Source: an uncultured Candidatus Saccharibacteria bacterium
GTDB lineage: Bacteria > Patescibacteriota > Minisyncoccia > Minisyncoccales > Staskawiczbacteraceae
DNA: 64,000 bases
Reading direction: 5' to 3'
NCBI GenBank assembly: GCA_964599285.1
Contig: CAZREI010000001.1
Location: 34,562 to 98,561 of the forward strand
Shown: piece after piece, positions 33,827-43,102 of the stretch
Position numbering within the stretch: position 1 is the first letter of the stretch
How the letters are laid out: every line of letters begins with the position of its first letter
Notes under the pieces: generated by a model
Databases searched by the model: none
What the model was told of the DNA's origin: nothing
The model's input: the letters and a program-made list of their open reading frames with translations, nothing else
Position numbers and translations under genes: made by a program

Positions 33827-34276
33827 CTATGCTTTCTCTTCCGTTATAATCACTTTTACTTCTGCTTCCAAGTTATGATCCAGATTTATTTTTACCGGAA
33901 ATTCTCCGGTTGCCTTTATCGGTTCACCAAGCGTAATCTGGGATTTTTTTACCACAAAGCCCATTTCTTTTAATTTTTCGACTATCTTTACGGCGCTAAT
34001 GGACTCAAACAACTGACCCGAGTCCCCCACCTTCACCGCCATCGGCACTTCCAAGCCATCAAGATGCGATGCCATTTCTTGGGATTTTTTCAGATCTTCT
34101 TCAACCTCTTTTTCCATGACCTCTTTTTGTTTTTTAAGCCACAGTAAATTTTCTTTGGTAGCTTTTTTGATCAAATTCTTGGGCATCAAAAAGTTTCGGG
34201 CATAGCCGTCTTTAACTTCCTTAACATCATACTTTTTCCCCACGTTTTCAATGTCCTCAAGCAAGATTACTTTCAT
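33827..34276 (-). CDS. rplI: ribosomal protein L9
   Basis: 'MKVILLEDIENVGKKYDVKEVKDGYARNFLMPKNL'. Confidence 0.9.
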   Translation of the reverse strand: MKVILLEDIENVGKKYDVKEVKDGYARNFLMPKNLIKKATKENLLWLKKQKEVMEKEVEEDLKKSQEMASHLDGLEVPMAVKVGDSGQLFESISAVKIVEKLKEMGFVVKKSQITLGEPIKATGEFPVKINLDHNLEAEVKVIITEEKA

Positions 34277-34389
34277 GGATATAGTTTTTGGTTTAAAGTT
34301 TTAGGTTTTGGTTTTTTGGTTGTAAGTTTTAAACCGAAAACTTTTTTAAACTTAAACTTTAAACTATCAACTACTAACTATTTGATATT

Positions 34390-35580
34390 CTACTTTAAAT
34401 TCTGTATGATTTCAAGGGCTTTGGCCAGCTGCGGATCTTTTTTTGCCTGGATATCGGCGTCGTTGATGTCAACTTTTACATCGGGGGCAAGTCCGACTTC
34501 GGAAATGGAATTTCCCTTGGGCGTCAGCCACTTGGCAATGGTAATTTTCAAAAACGATGCGTTGTCCTGCAAATTTATTACTTCCTGCACCGATCCCTTG
34601 CCAAACGATTTTTCGCCAATCAATTGGACATTACGATCATCGTGCAAGGCTCCGGCCAATATTTCCGAAGCCGATGCTGACCCTTTGTTCATCAAAACCA
34701 CCACCGGATACAAAGCAAAACTGGCGTTTCCCTCGGCTTTATACTGCTCCTGCGCCTTGCCTTTTCCAAAATCTTCAATGGTCACCACCTGGCCTTGTTT
34801 TAAAAACCAACCGGCAATATCCTGGCAAACTTCAAGGTATCCGCCTGGATTGTCGCGCACGTCAATGATAATTTTTTTGGCCGGACTTTTTAAAATTTCA
34901 AAAGCGGCTTTTTTAAAATCATCTGATAACGTTTGGTCAAACTGGTGGATATGGATAACCGCCACATCGCCATCTTTTAGCTGCCAATCCACCGATGGCA
35001 CAATAATAGTGGCGCGGGTAATGGTAAAATCTTTGGTGTCGTTCCATCCTTCCCGAAAAATGGTAAGTGTCACCGGAGTTCCCTTTTTGCCGCGGATGGC
35101 GTTGACCGCTTGATCGGCGCTCATGTCAGAAGTGCTTTTGCCATTGATTTTTACAATCGCATCACCGGCTTTTAACCCAGCTTTTTCGCCCGGCGTACCT
35201 TTTAGGGGTGCCACAATAGTCAGCTGGTCTTTTTTGATGGCAACTTCTATGCCAATACCTTCAAATGATCCAGCCAAATCCTGTTGGAATATTTTGGCGT
35301 CTTGCGGATTAAAAAACGAAGTGTATGGGTCTCCTAAGCTTTTAGTCATGCCGGCGATAGCGCCGTAAACCACCTGCTGATCTTGAATTTTATCGGGATT
35401 GATATAATTTTGGTGGAGCTTATTGTAAGCGTCCCAGAACAAAGAAAAATCAACCGTTTCCGGTTTGCAAACTTTGCAGACCACCTGGCTTTTACCCAAT
35501 AAATCACCGGCACCAAAAGCAATCAAAAGCAACAGAATAAATCCTACCCCATAGCCAATATTTTTTTTATTAAAAACCAT
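34390..35580 (-). CDS. ctpA: C-terminal processing peptidase (S41) with a PDZ domain
   Basis: 'GIGIEVAIK...GTPGEKAGLKAGDAIVKING' (PDZ), 'DVRDNPGGYL' and 'VVLMNKGSASASEILAGAL'. Confidence 0.9.
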   Translation of the reverse strand: MVFNKKNIGYGVGFILLLLIAFGAGDLLGKSQVVCKVCKPETVDFSLFWDAYNKLHQNYINPDKIQDQQVVYGAIAGMTKSLGDPYTSFFNPQDAKIFQQDLAGSFEGIGIEVAIKKDQLTIVAPLKGTPGEKAGLKAGDAIVKINGKSTSDMSADQAVNAIRGKKGTPVTLTIFREGWNDTKDFTITRATIIVPSVDWQLKDGDVAVIHIHQFDQTLSDDFKKAAFEILKSPAKKIIIDVRDNPGGYLEVCQDIAGWFLKQGQVVTIEDFGKGKAQEQYKAEGNASFALYPVVVLMNKGSASASEILAGALHDDRNVQLIGEKSFGKGSVQEVINLQDNASFLKITIAKWLTPKGNSISEVGLAPDVKVDINDADIQAKKDPQLAKALEIIQNLK

Positions 35581-35662
35581 GTCCTATTTATACCAAAAAA
35601 TATTTCACAAGGCAATGCGCAGCACGGCAATCCTCGTACTTCAAGCAAAACCCCGTCACCGT

Positions 35663-35735
35663 GTCATCCCAGGCCGCGACCCGGGATCCAGAATTTCAAC
35701 ACCCTCCTGGATTCCCGCTTGCGGCGGGAATGACA
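35663..35735. repeat. family C variant pair (GTCATCCC...GGGAATGAC)
   Basis: 'gtcatcccaggccgcgacccgggatccag' and 'ctggattcccgcttgcggcgggaatgaca'. Confidence 0.6.
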
Positions 35736-35901
35736 GCGGGTACGGTTCACATGTAAACCGTACCCTAAATTTACAACGTTGTAAATTTGCGCTACGGTTT
35801 TAAAATGAAACTCCGCCACCGTCATTGACGTAGAGTGAAAACAAATTCTTTGCATAAAAAAATTGCTTTCATTTATGAAAACAATTTTTTTTATTACTTA
35901 A

Positions 35902-36210
35902 TTATATCGCGTTTTCTTTCTGGCGGATTTGGAGGATTTTGTTTTGGAGGGTTCTTTGGGCCATCAGGTCCTTTGGGTTTTTAATTCCCAATTTTGGCAT
36001 GATTCCCAAGAATCCCGACCGGTACATCCAAATGCCGATGACCGCAATTACCAGCGGCAGGAAAAACGAATCGGTCAAAAGATTATTGGTCAGCCCAGTT
36101 GAAACATTAGTTGGGCCAAGTCCTGGTGTCACAATCACCGACGCGCTGGCGTTTCCTGGGTCATACCCGGGATCGGTGGTAGTGACAATAACGTTGTTTG
36201 CACTAGTCAT
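35902..36210 (-). CDS. small membrane protein
   Basis: 102 aa with TM 'FFLPLVIAVIGIWMY'. The start context 'tcgtagagaaattcATG' is identical to that of rpmA. Confidence 0.45.
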   Translation of the reverse strand: MTSANNVIVTTTDPGYDPGNASASVIVTPGLGPTNVSTGLTNNLLTDSFFLPLVIAVIGIWMYRSGFLGIMPKLGIKNPKDLMAQRTLQNKILQIRQKENAI

Positions 36211-36215
36211 GAATT

Positions 36216-36304
36216 TCTCTACGAATTACGAATGTAGTACGAATATACGAATGCAAATGTTTTTGGTTATTGGTATATTCGTAAAAAATTCGTATTTCGT
36301 AGCA
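36216..36304. repeat. family D long hairpin, copy 3
   Basis: 'ctctacgaattacgaatgtagtacgaatatacgaatg...ggtatattcgtaaaaaattcgtatttcgtagca'. Confidence 0.85.
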
Positions 36305-36308
36305 TATT

Positions 36309-39300
36309 TTATCTTAATACTTGCGCGTAGTAAGTAATGGTTCTTGTCTGGCCTTGGGTGATGCTGCCGATGTTTAATCCCGATATCACGTCGCCGGAAT
36401 TAGGAATGCCGTCAACCGTTAAGTTTCCCTTGTAAATTAAGTTGTAAGGCAGAAGATCTCGCACCGAAACATTGTTGACGTTCTGAAAGGCAGATGAAGA
36501 AACTACAATTTTAAACTGGACAACATCATCAACGTGGGCATAGACAAAGTTTCCCCAGGTCAACAGTCCATTGGAAAGGTTGCGCACGGTTTTTACCACA
36601 ATGAACGAAGACCGGCTTGTCGTCTGTCCCACACAAGAACTGTTTTGGCAGGTTTGGTTGCCCTGGCAATACTGCGCCACTTCCTGCTGGTTGCCGCAGG
36701 AGTTGTACCAGTACACATTATTGTTGGAACAGAGCTGGTAGGAATGGTTGATGCAGAAATTATTATTGTTATTGATACAGCTTCCGTTCTGGCAGGTTTG
36801 GTTTGAATTGCAGTTGTAGCTGAAGGTTCGGTTGCCGCAATTGTCTTGATTATACACCGCGTTTCCTTGGCAAATCTGGCTGGTATTCTGGTTGCAATTT
36901 TGGTTAACTTGAACACTGCAAGAAGCGCTTTGCGTCTGACCAGCCGATGTTACGGTGACCGAAGCGGTTTGGGTATTTGAATAGTAGTTTGAGTTTGAAA
37001 AAACGTTGGAACAGCTTTGATTGGAACCACTGCAAGCTCCCGACCATTGGTAAGTGTAGCTGCTGTTGCCGCCGGTTGGGCTGGCCGTAAAGGTTACCAC
37101 CTGGTTGGCATTGGCCGGATTTGGAGAAGCATTGCAGGTAACCTGTAAATTGCTTTGAGTTTGGTTAACTTGAACGGAACAGGTGGTGTCTTTAGTTTGG
37201 CCATCGGATGTTACTCTCAAGTTGGCGGTTTGGGTTCCGGTGCTACCAAAAGAATTTTGGCAAGTTTGGCTGGAACCGGTACAGGCGTTGGTCCACTGGT
37301 AATTATAGGTTCCATTGCCACCGCTGACGGTTGGCACAAAGGTTACTTGCTGATTAGTGTTGGCGGGATTAGGAGCAGCCAAACACGAAGCTTGCAGATT
37401 ATTATTGGTAGTTTGATTAACCTGAACACTGCAGATTGCGTCCTGAACTTGACCACCCGAAGTCACCCGAAGCCCGGCATTAAAGGTGCCTGTATTGCTA
37501 AACGTAGTGGAGCAGGTTTGGCCGGAGCCGGTGCAGGCATTGGTCCATTGATAAGTATAGCTGCCGTTCCCACCATTGATAATTGGGAAAAAGGTTACTT
37601 GCTGGTTAGTCGTTGTAGGGTTTGGTGAAGCGCTGCAAGAAATTTGCAAAGGATTTGGCGTTGGGGTTGGGGTAGGAGTTGGGGTCGGGGTTGGCGTAGG
37701 TCCTGGATTTACCTGGACCGTGCAGACCGCATCTTGGGCCTGATTGCCCGAAGTTACATGAAGCGCAGCAGTATAAGTTCCTGGCGCAAATGAGTTTACG
37801 CAGGTTTGGTTATTTCCATTGCAAGCCAACATCCAATGATAAGTATAACTTCCCGTTCCGCCGATGGCGCTTCCAGTAAAGGTAACTGGCTGGTTTGGTG
37901 TGGCGGGATTGGGAGCGCCGCTGCAAGAAATTTGCAGGTCGGCAGTTGGCGCTATAATGCTGAAATAATTGTCTGATAGATCGTTTGGAGCACCGGTTTG
38001 GGTAACATCATCGACTTCTATTTTGTATGTATTGCCTTGTAGCCCAGCTGGTATTGTCCATGAATATGATCCAGAATTAATGGTATTCGCTATAAGCGTA
38101 CTGACAACAACGCCACGATAATCATTAAGGAAAATCTGAATGTTTGCATTTAATGGCACGTTAGTTGATGTCCACGTAATAGTGTGCGTGGTTCCTTGAA
38201 TCCATTGCTCACCTCCATTTGGTGAAATCACGGTAATAGTTGGTGTTGGATTGTTATTGCAGGTGCCGTTTGAGCAGGTTTGGTTGCTTTGGCAATTCTG
38301 CACCAAATTGCCTCGCACTCCGCAAGAGTCAAAGTTGTAAACACCGGTAACTCCGTTGACCGTGGTGCATTGCTGGGATGCGTTTGGAGTGCAGGTTTGG
38401 TTGACTAATACACTGCACGAAGCAGTTTGGGTTTGGTTTCCCGAGGTAACGGTTACGGACGCAACGTGGATTCCCGGAAAAGCATACGCTACCCTGCAAA
38501 TTTGGGCGCTATCGCACATGGCTACTCCTCCGGTCCATTGGTAGCTATAACTGCCAGTGCCTCCGGTGGGTATAGGGGTAAAGGTAACTTGCTGGTTAGT
38601 GTTGGCTGGATTAGGAGAGGAAGAACAGGAAACTTGCAGAGGGTTTGGATTTTGAATGCAGGTTCCGCCCATGCACGTTTCGTTTGCATTGCAAGGTGTT
38701 TTTTGCTGAAACACGGTAGCGGTGTCACAACGGGCATTGGGTGTTGAAGGATTGACACAAGTATTGGTGGTAAAATCTTGCCACACACTGCCGTTAAAGC
38801 ATCTTGGGAATCCCGTGTATCCAGTAGCTCCGCAATCGGTGTTAGTGTTGCACGCGATAGTTTGGTTCTGGCAGACGGCAGTGCTGGAACTGGTGTTGAC
38901 GCAGGTTTGGTTGGTGGTGCAATTTTGGGCAAGACTGCCTCGCACTCCACAAGAATCAAAGTTGTAAACACCGGTAACTCCGTTGATTGTGGCACATTGC
39001 TGAGATGCGTTAGGAGTGCAAACCTGGTTTACCTGGACATCGCAAGTGGCATCCTGGAATTGGCTCCCTGATGTTACATGCAAATGTGCCGTATAGGTTC
39101 CTGGATTTGAAAAGGTGCGAGCGCAGCTTTGGTTGGAACCATTACAATCGCCGGTCCATTGATAGATGAAATTTCCAACGCCTCCGGTAACCGAAGCATG
39201 AAATTGCATTGCGGTGTTGGTCGATACGGGGTTTGGAAAAGCAAAACAGGAAACTTGGAAAGGAAAAGGAGTCGGAGTTGGCGTGGGATTATTAAAACAG

Positions 39301-40025
39301 CTTCCGGATTGGCAAGTTTGGATTGAAGAACAGCTATGGTCAAACGTTTGATTTCCGCAAGAGTCTACATCAAATACCGAATTATTTTGACAGATCTGGC
39401 TGACGTTAGGCGTGCAAGTTGGCGTTGGGGTCGGGGTGGGAGTTGGCGCTGGAGATGGAACGAGACTCGGACAATCATTTATTAAATTTGCAAAGGAATA
39501 CCCAAAAGGCTGACCTGGGTAAGTTACCACTGGCGCGACGCCATTGATGGCATCCATGAAAAAATCCAGCTGCATGGATCCGCAGGACTGGTTGTTAAAT
39601 TGCACCACGTCGGCTTCTATCAATTTGCTTTCACCGGGTTGCAAGGTTACGTCTTGTGAAATGACTTGGCAGGCCTGGCTGGTGGGATTTTGGTCGGGAG
39701 TCCAGTAGTGCTGGCACTGGCCGATTCCGGATCTGGCTGGCCAACCACTGGCTTCCTGGCAACGACAAGAAAACTTGCGCAAAGCAAGCGTCTTGGCAAA
39801 TCCATCGTTGTTTTTGACCCAGGCTTGCAGGCTGTTTTGGCCGCCCACAACATACTGGGCAATCGGGCCGATAGTCAGCCCGTTAAAATAACTTGATGGG
39901 GCAATGACCGTGCCGCTGTTGCCATAGGTATAGTCGGCCGATATTACTCCCGGGTACAATAAGATGCTGGCCAACGCAAAAAACAGCAATGCGCCGGTGC
40001 TCGATGCTTTATATACTATCTTCAT
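36309..40025 (-). CDS. giant secreted protein: ~8 PKD-like repeats, ~6 Cys-rich modules, C-terminal DUF11-like domain
   Basis: Signal peptide from ATG 40025. Repeats 'LQVSC..PNPA.TNQ.VTF....GG.G.Y.YQW...C.G..Q.C'. Cys modules 'C.PNASQQC......VYNFDSCG.......C..NQTC'. PT-rich linkers. Confidence 0.8.
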   Translation of the reverse strand: MKIVYKASSTGALLFFALASILLYPGVISADYTYGNSGTVIAPSSYFNGLTIGPIAQYVVGGQNSLQAWVKNNDGFAKTLALRKFSCRCQEASGWPARSGIGQCQHYWTPDQNPTSQACQVISQDVTLQPGESKLIEADVVQFNNQSCGSMQLDFFMDAINGVAPVVTYPGQPFGYSFANLINDCPSLVPSPAPTPTPTPTPTCTPNVSQICQNNSVFDVDSCGNQTFDHSCSSIQTCQSGSCFNNPTPTPTPFPFQVSCFAFPNPVSTNTAMQFHASVTGGVGNFIYQWTGDCNGSNQSCARTFSNPGTYTAHLHVTSGSQFQDATCDVQVNQVCTPNASQQCATINGVTGVYNFDSCGVRGSLAQNCTTNQTCVNTSSSTAVCQNQTIACNTNTDCGATGYTGFPRCFNGSVWQDFTTNTCVNPSTPNARCDTATVFQQKTPCNANETCMGGTCIQNPNPLQVSCSSSPNPANTNQQVTFTPIPTGGTGSYSYQWTGGVAMCDSAQICRVAYAFPGIHVASVTVTSGNQTQTASCSVLVNQTCTPNASQQCTTVNGVTGVYNFDSCGVRGNLVQNCQSNQTCSNGTCNNNPTPTITVISPNGGEQWIQGTTHTITWTSTNVPLNANIQIFLNDYRGVVVSTLIANTINSGSYSWTIPAGLQGNTYKIEVDDVTQTGAPNDLSDNYFSIIAPTADLQISCSGAPNPATPNQPVTFTGSAIGGTGSYTYHWMLACNGNNQTCVNSFAPGTYTAALHVTSGNQAQDAVCTVQVNPGPTPTPTPTPTPTPTPNPLQISCSASPNPTTTNQQVTFFPIINGGNGSYTYQWTNACTGSGQTCSTTFSNTGTFNAGLRVTSGGQVQDAICSVQVNQTTNNNLQASCLAAPNPANTNQQVTFVPTVSGGNGTYNYQWTNACTGSSQTCQNSFGSTGTQTANLRVTSDGQTKDTTCSVQVNQTQSNLQVTCNASPNPANANQVVTFTASPTGGNSSYTYQWSGACSGSNQSCSNVFSNSNYYSNTQTASVTVTSAGQTQSASCSVQVNQNCNQNTSQICQGNAVYNQDNCGNRTFSYNCNSNQTCQNGSCINNNNNFCINHSYQLCSNNNVYWYNSCGNQQEVAQYCQGNQTCQNSSCVGQTTSRSSFIVVKTVRNLSNGLLTWGNFVYAHVDDVVQFKIVVSSSAFQNVNNVSVRDLLPYNLIYKGNLTVDGIPNSGDVISGLNIGSITQGQTRTITYYAQVLR

Positions 40026-40132
40026 AATCGTGGCGCGCTTTATTAGGCTCGCGTAAGTAGATGCCCGAGAAACTTGGCAAATCCCCACTACAAAACAAAG
40101 CGTCAAATTAATTTACCTTTTTATGTATTTTA

Positions 40133-40305
40133 CTTTGAATTACGAAATGCTTTCGAGGTATTTTCTCCAAATTTTGAGATAGAAATTTGATAGAATTTTT
40201 CGGCTTAGCCAACGGCTCCGCCGAAAAATTATAGCGAATTTATAGCCAAAATTTGGAGAAAAGACGCGAAACTCGCCTTTTCAAATGGCATTTCGTAATT
40301 CAAAG
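40133..40305 (+). repeat. family A element, copy 5
   Basis: Near-identical to copy 1 (TTGAATTACGAAATGCTTTCGAGGTATTTTCT...). Confidence 0.85.
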
Positions 40306-40570
40306 TATTTTAGTACAACGTATCAAAAAAGAATCCTTTTTGATGTATGACATTACATGCTACCCTTTTTGTGTGTTGCTGTCAAGCCTTGGCGCAATTG
40401 GCAAGCATTTTTCTGGGGTTTTTGCCGTGTTCATTATATTCTTTGAAAAATGAAGATAGTATTAATCAGCAAAAAACCAGAAGCAGGAAGCAAGAAAAAT
40501 CTTGTTCAACAAAAAACGCTTTTGCAGCGTATGAGGCATTGTAACCGCAGAAGATTAATATTTTATGAAC

Positions 40571-40657
40571 ATGCTACCAAATACCAATAGTTACGAATAT
40601 ACCAATAACCAAAACGTTTTCATTCGTATATTCGTAAAAAATTCGTATTTCGTAGCG
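40571..40657. repeat. family D long hairpin, copy 4
   Basis: 'atgctaccaaataccaatagttacgaatataccaataaccaaaacgttttcattcgtatattcgtaaaaaattcgtatttcgtagcga'. Confidence 0.85.
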
Positions 40658-40663
40658 ATCGTC

Positions 40664-40726
40664 ATCCCAATAACTTAATAACCACTCCAATAATAGCCAG
40701 CACCACCCCCACTACCCAAAACCGTC
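40664..40726 (-). pseudogene. relic duplicate of the mraY 3' end (last 20 codons plus stop)
   Basis: The reverse complement translates 'RRFWVVGVVLAIIGVVIKLLG*', versus the live mraY C-terminus 'MRFWIVGIVLAIIGVVIRLLG*'. Confidence 0.7.
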
Positions 40727-40732
40727 GCTTCG

Positions 40733-40817
40733 CTCCTTAGAAACCCACGGTTTCTAACGTGTCCGCTTCGCGGCACTGTTTTCCTTCACGGGGAAATACC
40801 CAATTTCCCCGACCCCC
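40733..40817. ncRNA. candidate structured motif, copy 1 (three hairpins)
   Basis: 29 nt are identical to copy 2 (gctccttagaaacccacggtttctaacgt), followed by a variable hairpin and then a conserved 41-nt segment with a covarying 8-bp stem. Confidence 0.35.
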
Positions 40818-40854
40818 TTTGTACGGTTTTGGATTGTCCTGCCTCAAAGAGTTG

Positions 40855-41916
40855 CTATCCCAACAACCGTATTACCACTCCTATGATAGCTAATACAATT
40901 CCAACAATCCAAAACCGCATCGTAACCTTGTATGCTGGCCAGCCTATGGCTTCAAAGTGATGGTGGATGGGTGTGGATTGGAATATTTTTTTGTGGCGAA
41001 ATTTTTTGGATAAAAGTTGGATAATCACTGACAGAACTTCTATCACCAAAAGACCGGCAATGATGGGCAAGACAAAAACGGAATCTGTCAAAAACGCTAC
41101 GACCGACAACGTGGTAGCAAGCCCGACCGTTCCCACTTCTGACATGTAAAACCGAGCCGGCGGAATGTTAAACCACAAAAAAGAAAAAAGCGTTCCCGTA
41201 ATGACCGCGCAGAAAGTTGCCAAATCCACCTTGCCCTGCGAGAAAGCAATAATGGTAAAGGCGCCAAAAATAGAAGCAAAAACGCCGCCAGACAATCCGT
41301 CTAACCCGTCAATGATGCCTCCGGACCAGGTAGCAATCATCACGATAATAAAAACCGGAATATAAAAAATTCCCAAAGAAATATGTCCCAATAACGGAAT
41401 GCTGATTACGTCAAATCCGAGTTTTGCATAAAACCACCAACCACCTACCAATCCAATCAGCGCTACTATCAAAAGGCGTTTTTTAAAAGACAATCCCCCG
41501 CCAACATAACCACCCAGCGACGATACTACCAGCATATCGTCTAAGAGCCCCGCCAATGAAGCGACTATCAACGTAAACAACGGAAGCCAGGTTTGGCTTC
41601 TTGATAAAAAATTCAGATTTGCAAACCAAGTATTAGGAAACAGGAAAGAAATAATATAAAAAAAGAAAATAACCGCTACCGTGGTGATGCAAATTAAAAG
41701 TCCTCCCATGCGCGGCGCCTTGGTTTCACGCTCTTTATGAAGACTGTTAAATACTACAGCTTCTTCTCCGCTGATAGCTTTTTTTCCAGCCTGTTTTTTC
41801 CAGAGCTTATGCTTATACAAAAAATGTATTAAAAAAGGACACCAGGCAATGGCGATGATAGAAGCGGCGGCCGAAACCCCCAAAACCTTAATTACATAAA
41901 ACGTAAGAAGTGTCAT
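40855..41916 (-). CDS. mraY: phospho-N-acetylmuramoyl-pentapeptide transferase
   Basis: Multi-TM protein with 'GLLDDMLVV', 'IIDGLDGLSGG' and 'TPIHHHFE'. Confidence 0.9.
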   Translation of the reverse strand: MTLLTFYVIKVLGVSAAASIIAIAWCPFLIHFLYKHKLWKKQAGKKAISGEEAVVFNSLHKERETKAPRMGGLLICITTVAVIFFFYIISFLFPNTWFANLNFLSRSQTWLPLFTLIVASLAGLLDDMLVVSSLGGYVGGGLSFKKRLLIVALIGLVGGWWFYAKLGFDVISIPLLGHISLGIFYIPVFIIVMIATWSGGIIDGLDGLSGGVFASIFGAFTIIAFSQGKVDLATFCAVITGTLFSFLWFNIPPARFYMSEVGTVGLATTLSVVAFLTDSVFVLPIIAGLLVIEVLSVIIQLLSKKFRHKKIFQSTPIHHHFEAIGWPAYKVTMRFWIVGIVLAIIGVVIRLLG

Positions 41917-41923
41917 TAAACTT

Positions 41924-42097
41924 GGCTACGAAATACGAATTTTTTACGAATATACGGAAACGCTTCGCTTCTCCACGAATTACGAAACGAGTACGAATAT
42001 ACGAACGTGAACCTATGACTCATTTTCGTATATTCGTAAGATTTCGTATTTCGTAGCCCGTTTTGGTATATTCGTAAAAAATTCGTATTTCGTAGCG
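41924..42097. repeat. family D double-length hairpin cluster, copy 5
   Basis: 'gctacgaaatacgaattttttacgaatatacgg...cgtatattcgtaagatttcgtatttcgtagc' plus 'ggtatattcgtaaaaaattcgtatttcgtagcga'. It starts 8 nt upstream of the mraY ATG. Confidence 0.85.
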
Positions 42098-42100
42098 ATA

Positions 42101-43102
42101 TCACCAGGTGTAGGCTTTCCCAACCCAGTCAACCAGTTCCTGCATTTGGCCGAAGCGGTCTTCGGTTCCAAGAACAATATAAATAATATCATCTCCCTGT
42201 TTTTGGTTTTGTTGGACCACCATAAAACATCCCAGCGCCTTGTCGGTCCATCCGGTTTTGCCGCCGATGATATTATCCGTTCCCAGTAATTTGTTGGTGT
42301 TGACCAGAACGTGATGAAGTGTGCCATCGTCCAAATATAACGAATGCTCCTTTTGGCTGACAATTTCCCGAAAGAGCGGATAATTTTCAAACAAGTATCC
42401 TGATAATACGGCCAAGTCTTTGGCACTGGAATGAGACGCGACGTCCAGACCGGCTGGATCGCTAAAATGGGTTTGAGTCAATCCCAAATTTTTGGCTTGC
42501 TCGTTCATGGCTGACACAAAAGCGTCAGTACCCATCACTTCCGAAAGCGCAAAAGCGGCTCGATTGCTGGATTCCATTAAGGTAATGTATAAAAGGTTTT
42601 TTACCGAAAGTGTTTGGCCAAGTTGCAAGCTTCCCTGTTCACCCTCTTGTGCCATCGCCGCTGAATCTATGGTAATTTTTTTGCCCAAGTCAAGATTTTG
42701 CATCACCGCCAGCGCTGTCATCAGCTTGGTCAAACTGGCAACCGGCAAACGTATTTGAGCATTTTTTTGAAATAATATTTTGGAAGGTTGGTTGCCAATT
42801 TCAACTGCAATAGCTGAAGGCGCGTCAAGCGCCAAGTCTTCCACTTGCCAATTGCGAGTGGGCTTGGTGTCTGGATTAGCCAGTGGTTTAACCGCAGGAC
42901 TGTCCGATGGCAAAGGTTTTTGAATGTTAGCTGATACGTTTTCAATAGGCGCGGGCAAACTTGCGGTAAAAAATCCCTTGTGACTAAAAGTCCAATTGCT
43001 CGCGTTGGTCGCAAGCCACTGGACTGAAGTAACCAGCAGCGAAGCCAAAACCAAACATTTAAAAAATACTACGGCTTGTTTTGCGATGTATACCCTGTTC
43101 AT
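42101..43102 (-). CDS. D-alanyl-D-alanine carboxypeptidase (S11 PBP)
   Basis: 'ASLTKLMT' (SxxK), 'MESSNRAA' (SxN) and 'GGKTGWT' (KTG). Confidence 0.85.
   Translation of the reverse strand: MNRVYIAKQAVVFFKCLVLASLLVTSVQWLATNASNWTFSHKGFFTASLPAPIENVSANIQKPLPSDSPAVKPLANPDTKPTRNWQVEDLALDAPSAIAVEIGNQPSKILFQKNAQIRLPVASLTKLMTALAVMQNLDLGKKITIDSAAMAQEGEQGSLQLGQTLSVKNLLYITLMESSNRAAFALSEVMGTDAFVSAMNEQAKNLGLTQTHFSDPAGLDVASHSSAKDLAVLSGYLFENYPLFREIVSQKEHSLYLDDGTLHHVLVNTNKLLGTDNIIGGKTGWTDKALGCFMVVQQNQKQGDDIIYIVLGTEDRFGQMQELVDWVGKAYTW

Noticed and set aside
34316-35113. 265-aa plus-strand ORF
   Set aside because: It is entirely antisense to the ctpA gene, which has clear PDZ and S41 motifs. The product is low-complexity Ser/Cys/Phe-rich with no motif, so this is a shadow ORF.
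36534-39896. Multiple 60-160-aa ORFs on both strands inside the giant PKD/Cys-rich gene
   Set aside because: They are alternative frames of a long repetitive gene. The 1238-aa frame has a signal peptide and coherent domain repeats.
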